64,000 nucleotides of DNA, taken from positions 75,206,001-75,270,000 of the forward strand of contig NC_043002.1 of NCBI RefSeq assembly GCF_006345805.1, read 5' to 3'. Made by a program: the position numbers and the translations under genes. Shown one piece after another: positions 49,291 through 60,934 of this stretch (the first letter of the stretch is position 1; every line of letters starts with the position of its first letter). This stretch comes from Octopus sinensis (Eukaryota). The notes beneath the pieces were generated by a model. The model worked only from the letters and a program-made list of their open reading frames with translations, searched no databases and was not told where the DNA came from.

Positions 49291-49734
49291 TTGGGTTGTC
49301 TGGAAAGTTCGTGCCGATTTTTAAAGGAAAGAAAAAGGTCAATAAATACTTGCCATTACATTTTTAATCAACCAAATATGAACCATTTTGTTGCACAATG
49401 CGTCTCCTTCTATCCTTTAACTTGAAAATACCCTCTTTCTAGAATTGAGGTGGTTTCATGGCAAAGAATTCATCAAGGTATCTTTTTATGTCATCCAAGG
49501 AATAGTCTTAATGGTAAAAATTTCAATTCCTTGGATGACGTAAAAAGATACCGTGATGAATTCTTTGCCATGAAACCACCTCAATTCTAGAAAGAGGGTA
49601 TTTTCAAGTCAAAGGAAAGGAGACGCATTATGCAACAAAATGGTTCATATTTGGTTGATTAAAAATGTAATGACAAGTATTTATTAACCTTTTCTTTCTT
49701 TTAAAAATCGGCATGAACTTTCAGGACAACCCAA
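49291..49734. mobile_element. mariner-derived fold-back MITE (444 bp; ~210-bp arms, 22-nt loop)
   Basis: TA on both sides; TIR TTGGGTTGTC(C/T)(G/T)GAAAGTTC. The arms encode the mariner C-terminus (NSLNGKNFNSLDDVKRY.DEFFAMKPPQF.KEGIFK...QQNGSYLVD*). Confidence 0.92.
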
Positions 49735-50639
49735 TACTTCCTATACTCCCTGATCACCATCACCAAAAGGTTTTTCAAGCTGATACAAAAGCAACCCATC
49801 TAGGATACTGGTTACTCTGAAATACAGTTAATATACTGCATAATACCATGAGTACTGAAGTCCTGAAAGACTACTGCAGTTACTCTTTCTCATTGGTTAG
49901 TTCCAAGAATGCAACCTGCTGTTGAAACCTCACACACATCTCCATCCAACCATGCCAGCATAGAAAAGAGAACATTAAATCATGCTATATATGCTTATCT
50001 GTCTGTTTATTTCTCAGTGCATGCATATGTATATGTATATTTGTGTGTGTGTATGTATATATGTGTATACATCTAGCTGTTTGTGTGTGTGTATGTATAA
50101 AATTATGTATGCATATACATTAGATATGTCTAGATAGTTAAGCACAAATAATGTGTGTCTGTGTGTGCACTTATATATTTCTAAACAGTTTTGTTATTGA
50201 ATATTTTTCATTATTCCTATTATCTCCTTTACATGTAGCTTTACATTTACAGCTATAAAGAATGTTCATTTAATGAAACTATAGTCTGTAGCATTTATTG
50301 TTTATTTGTTTCCGTTTGACATTCATTTTCCTCATTCACTGGAGATAGACAAGGGAAGACCTTCCCCCCAATATATGCGCGACTGTCAGAGCATGGTTAA
50401 TTTTACAGTTCAGGTAGCTTCTCTTGAAAACCTACTGAAGATGAGGCATCAATCAATAAATAAATCCCCAATATGGAAACAATGTGTGATAAATTAGATG
50501 ATTCACAACATTCATTTGTTAAGGAATGTCATGAAAGATTTTGATTTATCTCTGTGAAAGTTTGCTGTAGAGTACTACGAAGAAGAATATACAAAGAAAG
50601 TGCTATATTTGGTATTAATGCTGCACACAATGGAAATCA

Positions 50640-50889
50640 TTTCATCATCATTTAGCGTCTACTTACTGTGCCATGCTTGCATGGGTTGGACAGAATTTGC
50701 CGAGGCAGATTTTCTACAACCAGATACCCTTCCTGGTGTCAACCCTCTCCTGTTTCTAAAGAAGGTGATATTTTCCCATAGCTAGGCAAGTTTTTTCATG
50801 AAAGACTGGAAATGAACAACTTCTTTTGTGTGACTATGATGTTCAGTTACAACCATCACATGATAGCCAAGGATATATACGTATGTGAA

Positions 50890-50922
<33 letters not shown>

Positions 50923-51065
50923 GACATTCTTCTTTTTAGTTTTGATCTACCAAATCTGCTCACAAGGCTTTAGTTAGCTTAGGGCTACAGTAGAAGCTCA
51001 ATGTACCATGCAGTGGGACTGAACCCGAGGCCACATGGTTAGAAAACAAGCTTCTTAACCACACT
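50640..51065 (-). mobile_element. full-length CORE-like tRNA SINE with RTE-type tail (same family as 10329-10727)
   Basis: Head at 51065 downward, CORE, (TG)n, body, then the tail CCATGCTTGCATGG and (CAT)n. Confidence 0.75.
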
Positions 51066-51369
51066 GTTTGTTATATGCTATGAAGAAGAATACATATAAA
51101 GGAAATAGTTTATTTTGTATTGCTGCTGCACAAGATGGCAACCATTTCAACTAATTTTCTTGGCAAACAGTTGCTAAACTTCAGTCTTTCTTCACTGTTT
51201 GTCTCTTCTACCGCTGTTCTTTTACAAGTGGTAGCTGTACTCAAACCTCAGTCCGAACATTCAGTTGCACCCATCACCCTACATCTTCCCACCTAGATGA
51301 AATCTGTGTCACTTGCAATAGCCTCTGTTATTATTATTATTATTATTATCATTATTATTATTATTATTA

Positions 51370-51950
51370 TTACCTCTGCCTTAGCGAAGGTGGAGGTATT
51401 GTTTTCAGTCATGTTTGATATCTCAAGAACCACTGGATGGATTTGGATGAAACTTTCAGGGATGTTAGGCCTCGTGACTGGCACAAACTGATTAGATTTT
51501 GGGATCGTTACGGTACTGAACAAGGATTCTGGATTATTTTTTCTTTATTTACTTTACTTTACATGATTACGATCTTACATTAACTTTCAAGTCTTTCTCA
51601 ATTATCGCCCTTTAGGCTGTAACTATTTTGAATGGTGAATTTATTAACTTTGGCTTGTATTAGATAAAGATAAACTGTCTATTACTGTTATTAAATTTTT
51701 TACAGTCACCTTCACTTTCCATGACTACCATTGGGATCGATAAGGTACTGGACAAAGATTCCAGATTATTTTTCTGGGGTTTTTTTTACTTAATTTTTGA
51801 GAGCGGTCAGATTCATTTTTAGTATTCTTATTTGTGTGAGCAGTCAAGTTTATTTCAGAAAATCTCATTTTATAAATCATCTCTGGCTAATCATTGAGAG
51901 AACGTTGATGCTGCCTTGGCAGAGGTTTGCACTCTCTGAGTGCTCTTGTT
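51370..51950 (+). mobile_element. non-autonomous Helentron-type element (HINE-like), longer variant
   Basis: TTACCTCTGCC...GGCAGAGG (51918-25), hairpin GCACTCTCTGAGTGC (51929-43), TCTTGTT end. Collinear with 28839-29209 apart from a ~230-bp internal extension. Confidence 0.8.
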
Positions 51951-51977
51951 ATTACTATTATTATTATTATTATTATA

Positions 51978-52470
51978 CAGGCGGTGAGCTGGCTGAATTG
52001 TTAGCATGCAGAGCAACATGCTTAGCAGTATTTTGTTGGTTTTCATGTTCTGAGATTAAACACTGTCAGGGTCGAATTTGCCTTTCGTCTTTTTGATGTC
52101 AATAAAAGAAGTACTAGTTAAGTATTGGGGACAATTCAATCAACTTAGCCTCTCCCCTGTAAATGCTGGCTTTGTACCAAAATTTGAAACCTTCCTCCTC
52201 CTCATCATCATTATCATCATCATTATCAACAACATCACCAAGAAGGTGGTGAACTGGCAGAATTGTTACTGTACCAGACAAAATGTTTTGTGGCATTTTT
52301 TCCAACTTCATGTTCTGAGTTCAAATTCTGCCATGGACGATTTTGCCTTTCAGGGTTGATAAAATAAATATCAGCTGAGCACTAGCATTGATATAATTGG
52401 CTTACCCACCTCATATGAAATTCCTGGCCAGGTGCCAAAATTTGAAACCATTGCTTTTATTATTATTTCA
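51978..52470 (+). mobile_element. two Deu/Nin-like tRNA SINEs (51978-52185 and 52240-52470)
   Basis: GGCGGTGAGCTGGCTGAATTGTTAGC... and AAGGTGGTGAACTGGCAGAATTG... heads with type-a tails. Confidence 0.7.
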
Positions 52471-52571
52471 AAATTTGGCTTTGACCACAGTCTTTGTGAC
52501 AGAACTTGACTGGTATTTACTTTCTTGGAGGATAAAAAGCAAAATAAACCTCAAAAAGAAATAAAGTTTAA

Positions 52572-52785
52572 CCCATTATCATTTAAACTGGCCATATTTG
52601 GCCAAGATAGTCTTCCTGTATTATCTTCAAACTGACCAGATACGACCTCTCACACTTAACCTATAATATTATTCTAAAAAAAACCAGTTATGTCATTGAA
52701 ATCTCAAAGGTACAAGGTAATGCATGTCTAATTCATATCAATGGGAAAACGATAATTGTCACATTTGACAGAGAATTCTAAAGGG
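52572..52785. mobile_element. TTAA/CCC-GGG MITE (piggyBac-type, different family)
   Basis: TTAA|CCCATTATCATT...AATTCTAAAGGG|TTAG; degenerate TIRs. Confidence 0.6.
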
Positions 52786-53439
52786 TTAGTGTAGGCAACC
52801 TGGTTTTTTTTACATGAAGTTTGATTTTTAGCAAGAATATATGTTATAAAATGTGGCTACATGTCTCTCTCATTAAACTATGTCAAAATCATTAGTGCTG
52901 AAATCATTAAAAATTTGATGCAGTCATTATTGTTTTTTACAACAAAGGTAGTAGGCTCATTAATTGCTTGTTCACAGCTGAGTGGTTAGCATTAGGAAAG
53001 ATACCCAGCTTGTCAATACACACATGCAGCAATAATTTGTATAGTAATATGTGTTTTTATCATACCTAGGCTAGCTTCATCAAATTAATATGTTAAAATA
53101 AAAAAGAAAATGTTGAGTAGGGAAAGCATCACAAAATATTGGCAATATGAGGAATGTGTTTGTGTAAACACATACATTGTCTGATCCAAGTAAGTACAGA
53201 AAAGTGGACTTTAGGATTATGATGATAATGATACATTGATGGATATTAGCAAATGAATCTTTACAGAAAAAAAAATGCTTTATGTATATTCCAAGCAGTA
53301 TTCTGCATCATTTGACCAAAGTGAGGACTAAATGGAGGTATTCTCTGATGTAGACTAACTTTTAGTATAAAAGCAAGTATTGATAAAGTGAGAAAGGAAA
53401 TTTTGTGTGAATACTGGTCCTGCTAGAAATAGTCACCAG

Positions 53440-53830
53440 ATGTGGCTGTGTAGTAAAACAGTTTGTTTCTCAACCACATGACTCTAGGTTCAGTCCCACT
53501 GCATGGCACTTTGGGTAACTGTCTTCGACTATAGTTTCGGGCCAACCAAAGCCTTGTGAGTGGATTTGTTGACGGAAACTGAAAGAAGCCTATCTTATAA
53601 GTGTGTGTATGTGTGTGTGTGTGTGTGTTAGTCTATCACTTGACAACTAGTGTTAGTATGTTTATGTCTCTGTAACTTAGTGGTTTGGCATAAGAGACTG
53701 ACAGAACAGGTACCAGGCTTATAAAAAGAAAAAAATATGTACAGGGATTGATTCATTCAATTAAAAGTTCTTGAAGGTAGTGCCCCAGCATGGCCACAGT
53801 CAAATGACTGAAACAGGTAAAAGGTAGAAG
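53440..53830 (+). mobile_element. full-length CORE-like tRNA SINE
   Basis: ATGTGGCTGTGTAGTAAA...GGTTCAGTCCCACTGC...CCCCAGCATGGCCACAGTC...GACTGAAACAGGTAAAAG. Confidence 0.8.
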
Positions 53831-54424
53831 GTAAATTTTACTCAAATTACACCCTATTATCTTTGAAAAAAGGATAATCTACTCCTAGATAAACTGTCTG
53901 GAGAGAAAAAGATGGACTGGCCCAGGCTGGTATGTTGATTAGCCATTTAAAACAGGATGACTAGTGTTGTTCTCCATTGAGGGTACACCTGGCAGAATAG
54001 ATCTGAAGATCACTCCTAGTCTCTTGAGCTATCTACATGTCATAGGTCTGTTCAGTAAGATCTGGATCAATGTAATACAATGTGAGGGTGTATTGCCTTG
54101 TAGTTCAGATATTGCTTTCATAATTGCAAGATCCTAGCATGAGGTGTGTTGTGCTCTTGAGTACACTTCATCTCTTGTTGCTCTGTGATTACATTGACAC
54201 CTGACATGTGGTACACAACACTTGTTCAGGCAATGTCAGTTTGATGGAGGGATCGAGCTAATATATAGCACAAACATTTGATCATTGTAAACAAACCATA
54301 TGTGCAGGTTGTTGAGCAAGAAATTGTAGAACTGTCTTTCTCAGACTATGGACAGACTACCGTCAGTGTGACACAACAATCAGCTAGAAATGACAACTAA
54401 AAATTCTCTTGAATTATTCTCTGA

Positions 54425-54735
54425 AAAAACTTTTGAGCGAGGTTGTTACCAGTGCCGCTGGACTGGTTCCTGTGCAGGTGGCATGTAAAAAACACCATTT
54501 GAGCATGGCCATTGCCAGTACCACCTGACTGGCCCTAATGCCGGTGGCACGTAAAAGCACCCATTACACTCTCAGAGTGGTTGGCGTTAGGAAGGGCATC
54601 CGGCTGTAGAAACTCTGCCAGATCAAGATTGAAGCCTGGTGCAGCCATCTGGTTTGCCAGGTAAACACCAGTCAAATCGTCCAATCCATGCTAGCATGGA
54701 AAGCAGACGTTAAACGATGATGATGATGATGATGT
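54425..54735 (+). mobile_element. RTE-type 3' UTR/tail copy
   Basis: Reverse complement of 30533-30830; ends CCATGCTAGCATGGAAAGCAGACGTTAAAC(GAT)n. Confidence 0.85.
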
Positions 54736-55150
54736 TTAAAAAGATATGGGAGGACATAACTTTTCAAACAGATGGAATGATCACAGCCACAATGGCCCTT
54801 ACTTATAGGTCTGCTTGACTAAAACAAACTTGAGGCTAATCACCACCACACCACCACCGCCAGCAACAACAATGACAATAGATCCCTGCACATTGTCGTT
54901 GCTAAAGGTTAATAAACAAAGCAGTGACATTTGTTCCCATTTCCCTGAAAATCTGTTTTTGAGATGACAATACTTTGATGACATGTTTGTTTTCAATTTC
55001 TGGATATTTTAGTTGTATTGATTCGGGTGAGTTTGGTGTACAGCTAGATGTGGATGAGGCTGAATTACAACGGAAATCAACATACTCTTAACTTTTAAAA
55101 CACTTTACTGCCATCATCTTGTTCAATGTAAGCAAACATTTTTAGAGTGA

Positions 55151-55247
55151 ATGGATACTGTTCACGTTTATGATGTAGCTAGAGTTGTTTCGACACTGTT
55201 GACTCTGTCACCTCAAAGGAAAACAGAACTCCTCCGATGTGGAGAGG
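55151..55247 (+). CDS. candidate first coding exon (MDTVHVYDVARVVSTLLTLSPQRKTELLRCGE), product unknown
   Basis: ATG just after the acceptor catttttAG, donor GG|GTGAGG, an upstream donor GTGAGT at 55027, and CpG-retaining context. No homolog recognised. Confidence 0.25.
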
Positions 55248-56439
55248 GTGAGGTCAGAGGAGGAAGAGGAGGAGTGGCGAAGGTGTGTGATAAGCAAATC
55301 AAAGAGGGAAAAAAAAAAGATTTTTTTGTTAAAAACTATAAAATAAATGTAGCTACCATTATTACATTGTTATTAACATGTTGTCAAATGTTTCTTTTAA
55401 AAGAACAACAGCACCACTAACCCCATTACCACCAACAACTACTACAGTAACCAACAAAAATAAAGGAAATTAGAAAGTGCTAGTCTGTGTACATTCTTGT
55501 CTGTTCATCGTCACCTGTTTATTCATTAATTTCTACGCTGCAGTGTTGTCAAAAAGCTGAAGCAAACTAGTTCTATCCATGTACCTGTTGCCAACAAAAT
55601 TACTTATGTATTCCTTACATAATTGCTTTTAGCTGACAGTTCTGAATACAATACAGTTTTGTGTCTAAGATTATCACCATCGGAAGCAGGTCAATTGGAT
55701 AGCTTAGACAATTAGTAGTTTGGTTGTCTCCCTTCATATCAGATTTTCTGTGCCGCCTTAATAACTTGTAACATTGTCTCGGGATAAAAATGTCATTTTC
55801 TTATGTTGGTTTCTTGATAGACAGAAACAGTCAGTTGGAATTTGATAGTTTTATTGTTATCTGCCTAATACTTCTCCTTAATTTTAATTAGACATAAACA
55901 TAACTTTCATTCTTCCACTTGCCTGTTCAGTAATTAACTGCCAATCTTGGCTAAATGGTAAATCCATTACAGTATTATTCTGCGATTATATTTCTATTAG
56001 TCTTGTGTTAGTAATTACTTTTAGAGATCTCTTTCATTACTGCACTTTCTCCGTATGTGTGTATGTATGTGTCTGTGAGAGAGAAAGAGTAACTTGTGAA
56101 TTTAATACTAATAAATATACGTGATGTGAGAACGGGGTTAATGCCTATTGACTAATTGGTTTCAAATGGGGATAGGCTTTTAATTCTGGGTCATATGCAG
56201 GCAAAATAAAATAATTAGCCACAAATATAGGAGTCGATTTGAAAGGATATCTCTTTCATTGATGCCTGTTTTAGAATCTGTCTACTCTATCCATGATCAA
56301 TTTCATTACTTTCCCCCATGGCATAATTACAACAGGAAATATACCATTGTAGTGTGCCCTATAAGCTCTTGATGAACTTAGTCTATGTGATACACATTTC
56401 CTTTTTCGTAGAAGCCATTTCTGCCATATTGCTTACACT

Positions 56440-56635
56440 ATGGGCAGTTGGTGGCAGAATTGGGAGTGTCACACATTTTGTTATGTCACTTTGCACTTTG
56501 AGTTCAAATTTTAATGGGGTGGACTTGGACTTTTGTTCTTTCAGGGTGGATAAAATAAGTACAAATCAAGTCCTGGGCATCAGTTATATTGGTGGTAAAC
56601 TTGTTCCCCCAAATTTGGGGTCTTGTGCCTAATTT
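56440..56635 (+). mobile_element. old Deu/Nin-like tRNA SINE
   Basis: GAGTTCAAATT...TTTCAGGGTGGATAAAATAAGTAC...CCCCCAAATTTGGGGTCTTGTGCC. Confidence 0.6.
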
Positions 56636-58319
56636 GTAAATTCTTATATTACTAATACTCTTAGTTGTTAGCTAATTAAGGTATTAAGATAGTGATAGAT
56701 ACTTATACTTGAAATTTAAATGTGTGTGCAGTGTGTTGGGATGATCATGGATCAGTCCTAAAGGCAGAGCTAATCATAACTACTGGGGTTTCTGTTGTAC
56801 CTTAGGCTGTGTTCAGATAACTTTCTCTTGTTGCCTCTAGGCCCCTAACAGAACTTTGTTTGCATTTCAGGGTAATATAATAAAATATACATTAATTACA
56901 CCAAGCCAACTACAGTAGTGCACCACAACCATTGAACCAATATAGTACTGATGATAGAAAAGATATAAATCTTTAACCCTTTCTTAATTTGAAGTATGAT
57001 ATTGTTGTAACAGTTTGTTCTTTGAAAGCAAACGAAGAAAAACATTTGACATAGCAGATGAGTGGTGGCAGTATCCCACCTGCTCACTAATGAAAGATAC
57101 AGTAAAATAAGTTGTAGTTAGGGTTGTGTAAGAGACCAGTAGATGATGGGGGTAAGGCCAAAAAAAAAAAAAGAAAAACAGTTGATTTTCCCCACTCTTT
57201 ACTTTTCATTTGACGATAACTCATCCATTTCTTTCACTCTCTTAGATATCATGGCTAGCCCTGTGCTACTTTCAGAGATGATTATGTACTTACATATGTT
57301 GTATACCAATGGTTTCTGACCATTTCTATTGCAACACTTGCTTTCACAAAACCACACAACAGAGATTTGCAAAGAAGCAAAAAGCAGAAAATAAAACAGG
57401 TGCTACTTTTGTACACTTGTTTATCTGTATATATAAAACAGAGTTTATGTGTGTCTATGCGTATGTTCCTCATGCATTTGAAAACTTAGTTGCTGATTTT
57501 AATATATGGGGTATTAAAATATTCAGTAATCTTTTGGCTACCAAATAAACTTTATTTTCATTTACTTATTTGCATTACAAAAATTTAACATTATAATCTT
57601 TCTATAAGTCAGCTATTGTAAACAACGTTTTATACCACAACGACAACTTTACATCTGTATCTATATATTAGCAGATACCTGTGTATTTGTATGTCTGTGC
57701 ATAATGTCAATGAGGGAGTGAGAGGGGAGAGAAAGAAACAGAAGTAAAGTGAGGAAGTGGCTCTTTACTTCTCCTCTTCATCTCCTCATTTGTCTCAATG
57801 TTTTTCTGTAGAGGGAGAAATGTAAATAGCGTAAGTGTGAGTGAGTTAGAGAGAGAGAGACTGAATGAAAGAAAATATAGACTAAGAGAGAGGAACTATT
57901 ACAGAGGATGAAAAAGAATATGTGTGAGCAAGAGAAACAGAGAATGAGAAAGAGAAGAGAGAAAGAAAAAGAGAGAGAGAAAACAAGTGTCTATAGAAGT
58001 TCAAAGAGAGAGGGATAGCGGGAGACAGAGAGACGCTGATGTTTCATACTGTGTATATGTTCTATAGGTGAAGGTGAAAGAAAGCCAGCACAATGAGAGG
58101 GGGATGCTGATGTTTGATCCTGTATGTATGTGTGTGTGTGCGTGCATGCGGCGTTCTACAATTGGCATTTATTTCAATCATTCTTGTGAAGATATTCATA
58201 TAACTTTCACTCATCTGTTTTTTTTTTTATTTAATCCCCATTTTCATTTACAAAAAAGTTTCTGAGAAAAATGTTCTTACTCTCTCCAAGAAGAGATGGG
58301 GGTAGATTTAGATGATCAG

Positions 58320-60006
58320 TATTTTACTGTGAAGCAAAGGCGAGTACAGGTAGCCAGTGTAAGGTCAATAGAGACCCTGCACAACGACAGCAAAGATATG
58401 AAAACGACTGAATAAGAGCTGCTACATGCAGGGCCAAAATAGTTACAAGAGTCAAAGGAAAAATGGTTAGAACAATTACATCAACAAAGTGCAATCTGCA
58501 GGCGCCAAGAGCCAAAAAGGAAAAGAGAAAAATGTTTAAAGGATTAAGACAAAGACAAGTTGCCAGACTTGCCAATGAGACAATAGGTCAGCAACAGATG
58601 AGACAAAGAAAAAAAAAACCAAGAGCAAGCAGTCGCTGCAAGATTTCAATCCTTGGAGGAAAGATGTAAGCATGTTGATCAAGATAGGCTGAATATGTTT
58701 GACAAAAGAGTTGTACCTTTTATGGGGACTTGGAAAAGATCATGGTTGAAAGATGATCTTTTCCATGATCATTCTGCAGAGAAATTGATTGATATTGGAG
58801 CAATGTGAAAAGAGTGCAGTTTATTTAAAAGTAAAGAAATGGGAAAGAGAAACCACCACTATGTGTTGTGGTAGAGCAACAGTTGTTTTACTGACATTTG
58901 GTATGCCCATAGATATTTTGAAGGTCTTGCTTTTGGGAAACACACCAAGGAGCCTGCACTTCTTGAAAAACATGAGGAATTATAATTCTGCTTTCCACAT
59001 GACCTCCTTTGGTAGCAATATTATAAGAGAAGGACATGAGAGGCAACAATAAATCTAGGAAATGGGGAAAATACCATTTGATGGGAACAGTGATATCAAT
59101 ATGTCTCATATTGCTATCATGGTGAATTCCCAAGCTGAACTGAAGAACAGGGTATTTCCAGACTTAAGTAATAATTATAATTCACATAAATGATTGTGTG
59201 TAAGGGTAATTCTTGCTCCAAAAAATGAGACAGAAGCAAAGATTAATCATGAATTAATAAATAAGATTCCAACAGTCATTAAGAAGTGCAAATCAGTCCT
59301 TGGTGAAAATCAAGTTGTCCATTATCCAACAGAATTCCTTAATTCTCTTCAGCCACCTGGAAATCCTCCACATAAAATTTTTCTGAAGGTAGGAGTCTTA
59401 ATAATGCTTCTAAGAAATTTAGATCCTCCTAAATTATGCAATGGCAAAAGGTTGATTGTGATGACATAATCACCTAATGTGATAGAAGCTGCCATCATCA
59501 CTGGATGTGCTGCAGGGGAAGAGGTTTTCATTCCAGGAATTCCAATCAAACCAACAGACATGCCATCTGAGTTCAAATGAACACAATTCCCAGTGCAACT
59601 TTGCTTCACAATGTCTATTAACAAAGCTCAAGGTCAGACTTTGAAATCTACTGGCCTGCACTTAATTGAGCCTTTATGATGGTTGCTTCAGGGTTGGTAG
59701 TTTGCAAAACTTATTTGTCTCTACTCCAAACCAGAAAACAAAGAATGTTGTTTACCAAGAAACTCTTATGTAATTTCCTTCAACATATATGATAGAATTT
59801 ATCTCCCTTCATAAAAGTGGTAAATTTTGTATTTTTGTTTGTTTTTTTGTTGTTGTTGTTTATTTTGTATTATGAATTCAACATTGATCTCCCAATTGAA
59901 GAATAAACTGAATTTAGAATAATAAATTTCTGTACAATATATTTTGCTTCCAATATATATATGGGGAACAGTTTCATTCCCTGGCAATTCTGGGTGCCTC
60001 TGCTAC
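58320..60006 (+). mobile_element. Helitron, internally deleted and pseudogenised (5' end not located)
   Basis: N-terminal RepHel region (KWERETTTMCC...HFLKNMRNYNSAFHMTSFG) is joined to the PIF1 helicase C-terminal half. The 3' end has hairpin CCCTGGCAATTCTGGG (59979-94) then CTAC (60003-06), compared with the canonical CTRR. Confidence 0.88.
59055..59770 (+). pseudogene. Helitron PIF1-family helicase C-terminal fragment with stops and frameshifts
   Basis: ILAPKN...YPTEFLNSLQPPGNPPHKIFLKVG.LIMLLRNLDPPKLCNG.RL...IPIKPTDMP.EFK.TQFPVQLCFTMSINKAQGQTLK. Confidence 0.9.
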
Positions 60007-60298
60007 CTATTTATATTTTCTTAAAGTATTCCATTGTTAAATTTTCCTGAAAGTTATTGAAGAAAGTAAGGATTTACATGATAAAATTATATTGGGCTTT
60101 GGTGCATCATCCGTCATGTTTTCTTCTCACTGATAACAGTTTGCTGTTCATATTTTAATCCTTAACAAAAACGTTTTTCAAAAATTTTGTCTGGTTTAAA
60201 TATTCTTGTCAAAAATCATGACTTCTCTGAGCATTCACTGAGAGGAGTCATGCTTTTCAAGTAGATCGACTGACTATATACAGGCTTTCTTGTTATCT

Positions 60299-60337
<39 letters not shown>

Positions 60338-60379
60338 TGTGTGTGTGTGTTATTTCATTTGTTCATTTCTTTTATGTCT

Positions 60380-60775
60380 GTTTCTCCATGCATGCATGGG
60401 TTAGATGAATACATATCAAGTCATTGTTGTACAGTCAGATACCCTTCCTGTCACTAATCCTTACTTGTTTTCCAAGTAAGGGATATTTTGTTCCATTTTA
60501 CTTTGAACACTCAGTTATCAGGTGGCTTGTTGTCACAGTTTGTATGAATGTTGAAGCTTTTGTTTACAATCAATGTAAACACACCAAGACGAGGGGAAAT
60601 CCATACTCAGTCAGACACACACACAGAGCAAGCTTCCTGTATCTGTCTACCAATTTCATTCACATGGTATTAACCAACCTGTGGTCACAGTAGAGGAAAC
60701 CAGCTGATGGCATTCATACTGTAATACCAAACCCTTAATCATGTGGTTCTGAAATGAACTTCTTAACCATACAAC
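60380..60775 (-). mobile_element. old CORE-like tRNA SINE with RTE-type tail
   Basis: CCATGCATGCATGG tail motif, GATACCCTTCCTGTC body and reverse-complemented head. Confidence 0.6.
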
Positions 60776-60876
60776 CTGGGTTCAATTTCCAAAATGCAAA
60801 CACAGATATTTTGTACCTTGCAATAATTCATTGGGTAAAAATTTGTTGTCTAAAATCTATAATGTAAGCATACAAA

Positions 60877-60934
60877 TTCACTGATGAGGCATTAGTCCTT
60901 GGTGGGATTGAAGCTGAAAGCACGTGGTTGTGAA
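60877..60934 (+). ncRNA. type I hammerhead ribozyme-like motif (probably inactive, G17)
   Basis: P1 UUCA/UGAA, core CUGAUGA, P2 GGC/GCU plus an 8-bp extension UUAGUCCU/GGGAUUGA, GAAA, P3 AGC/GUU. Confidence 0.55.

Noticed and set aside
50430-50485. CTGAAGA...GGAAAC hammerhead-like spacing
   Set aside because: Stems I-III cannot be paired convincingly.
58324-59661. Minus-strand ORFs over 58.3-59.7 kb
   Set aside because: Antisense to the Helitron coding remnants.
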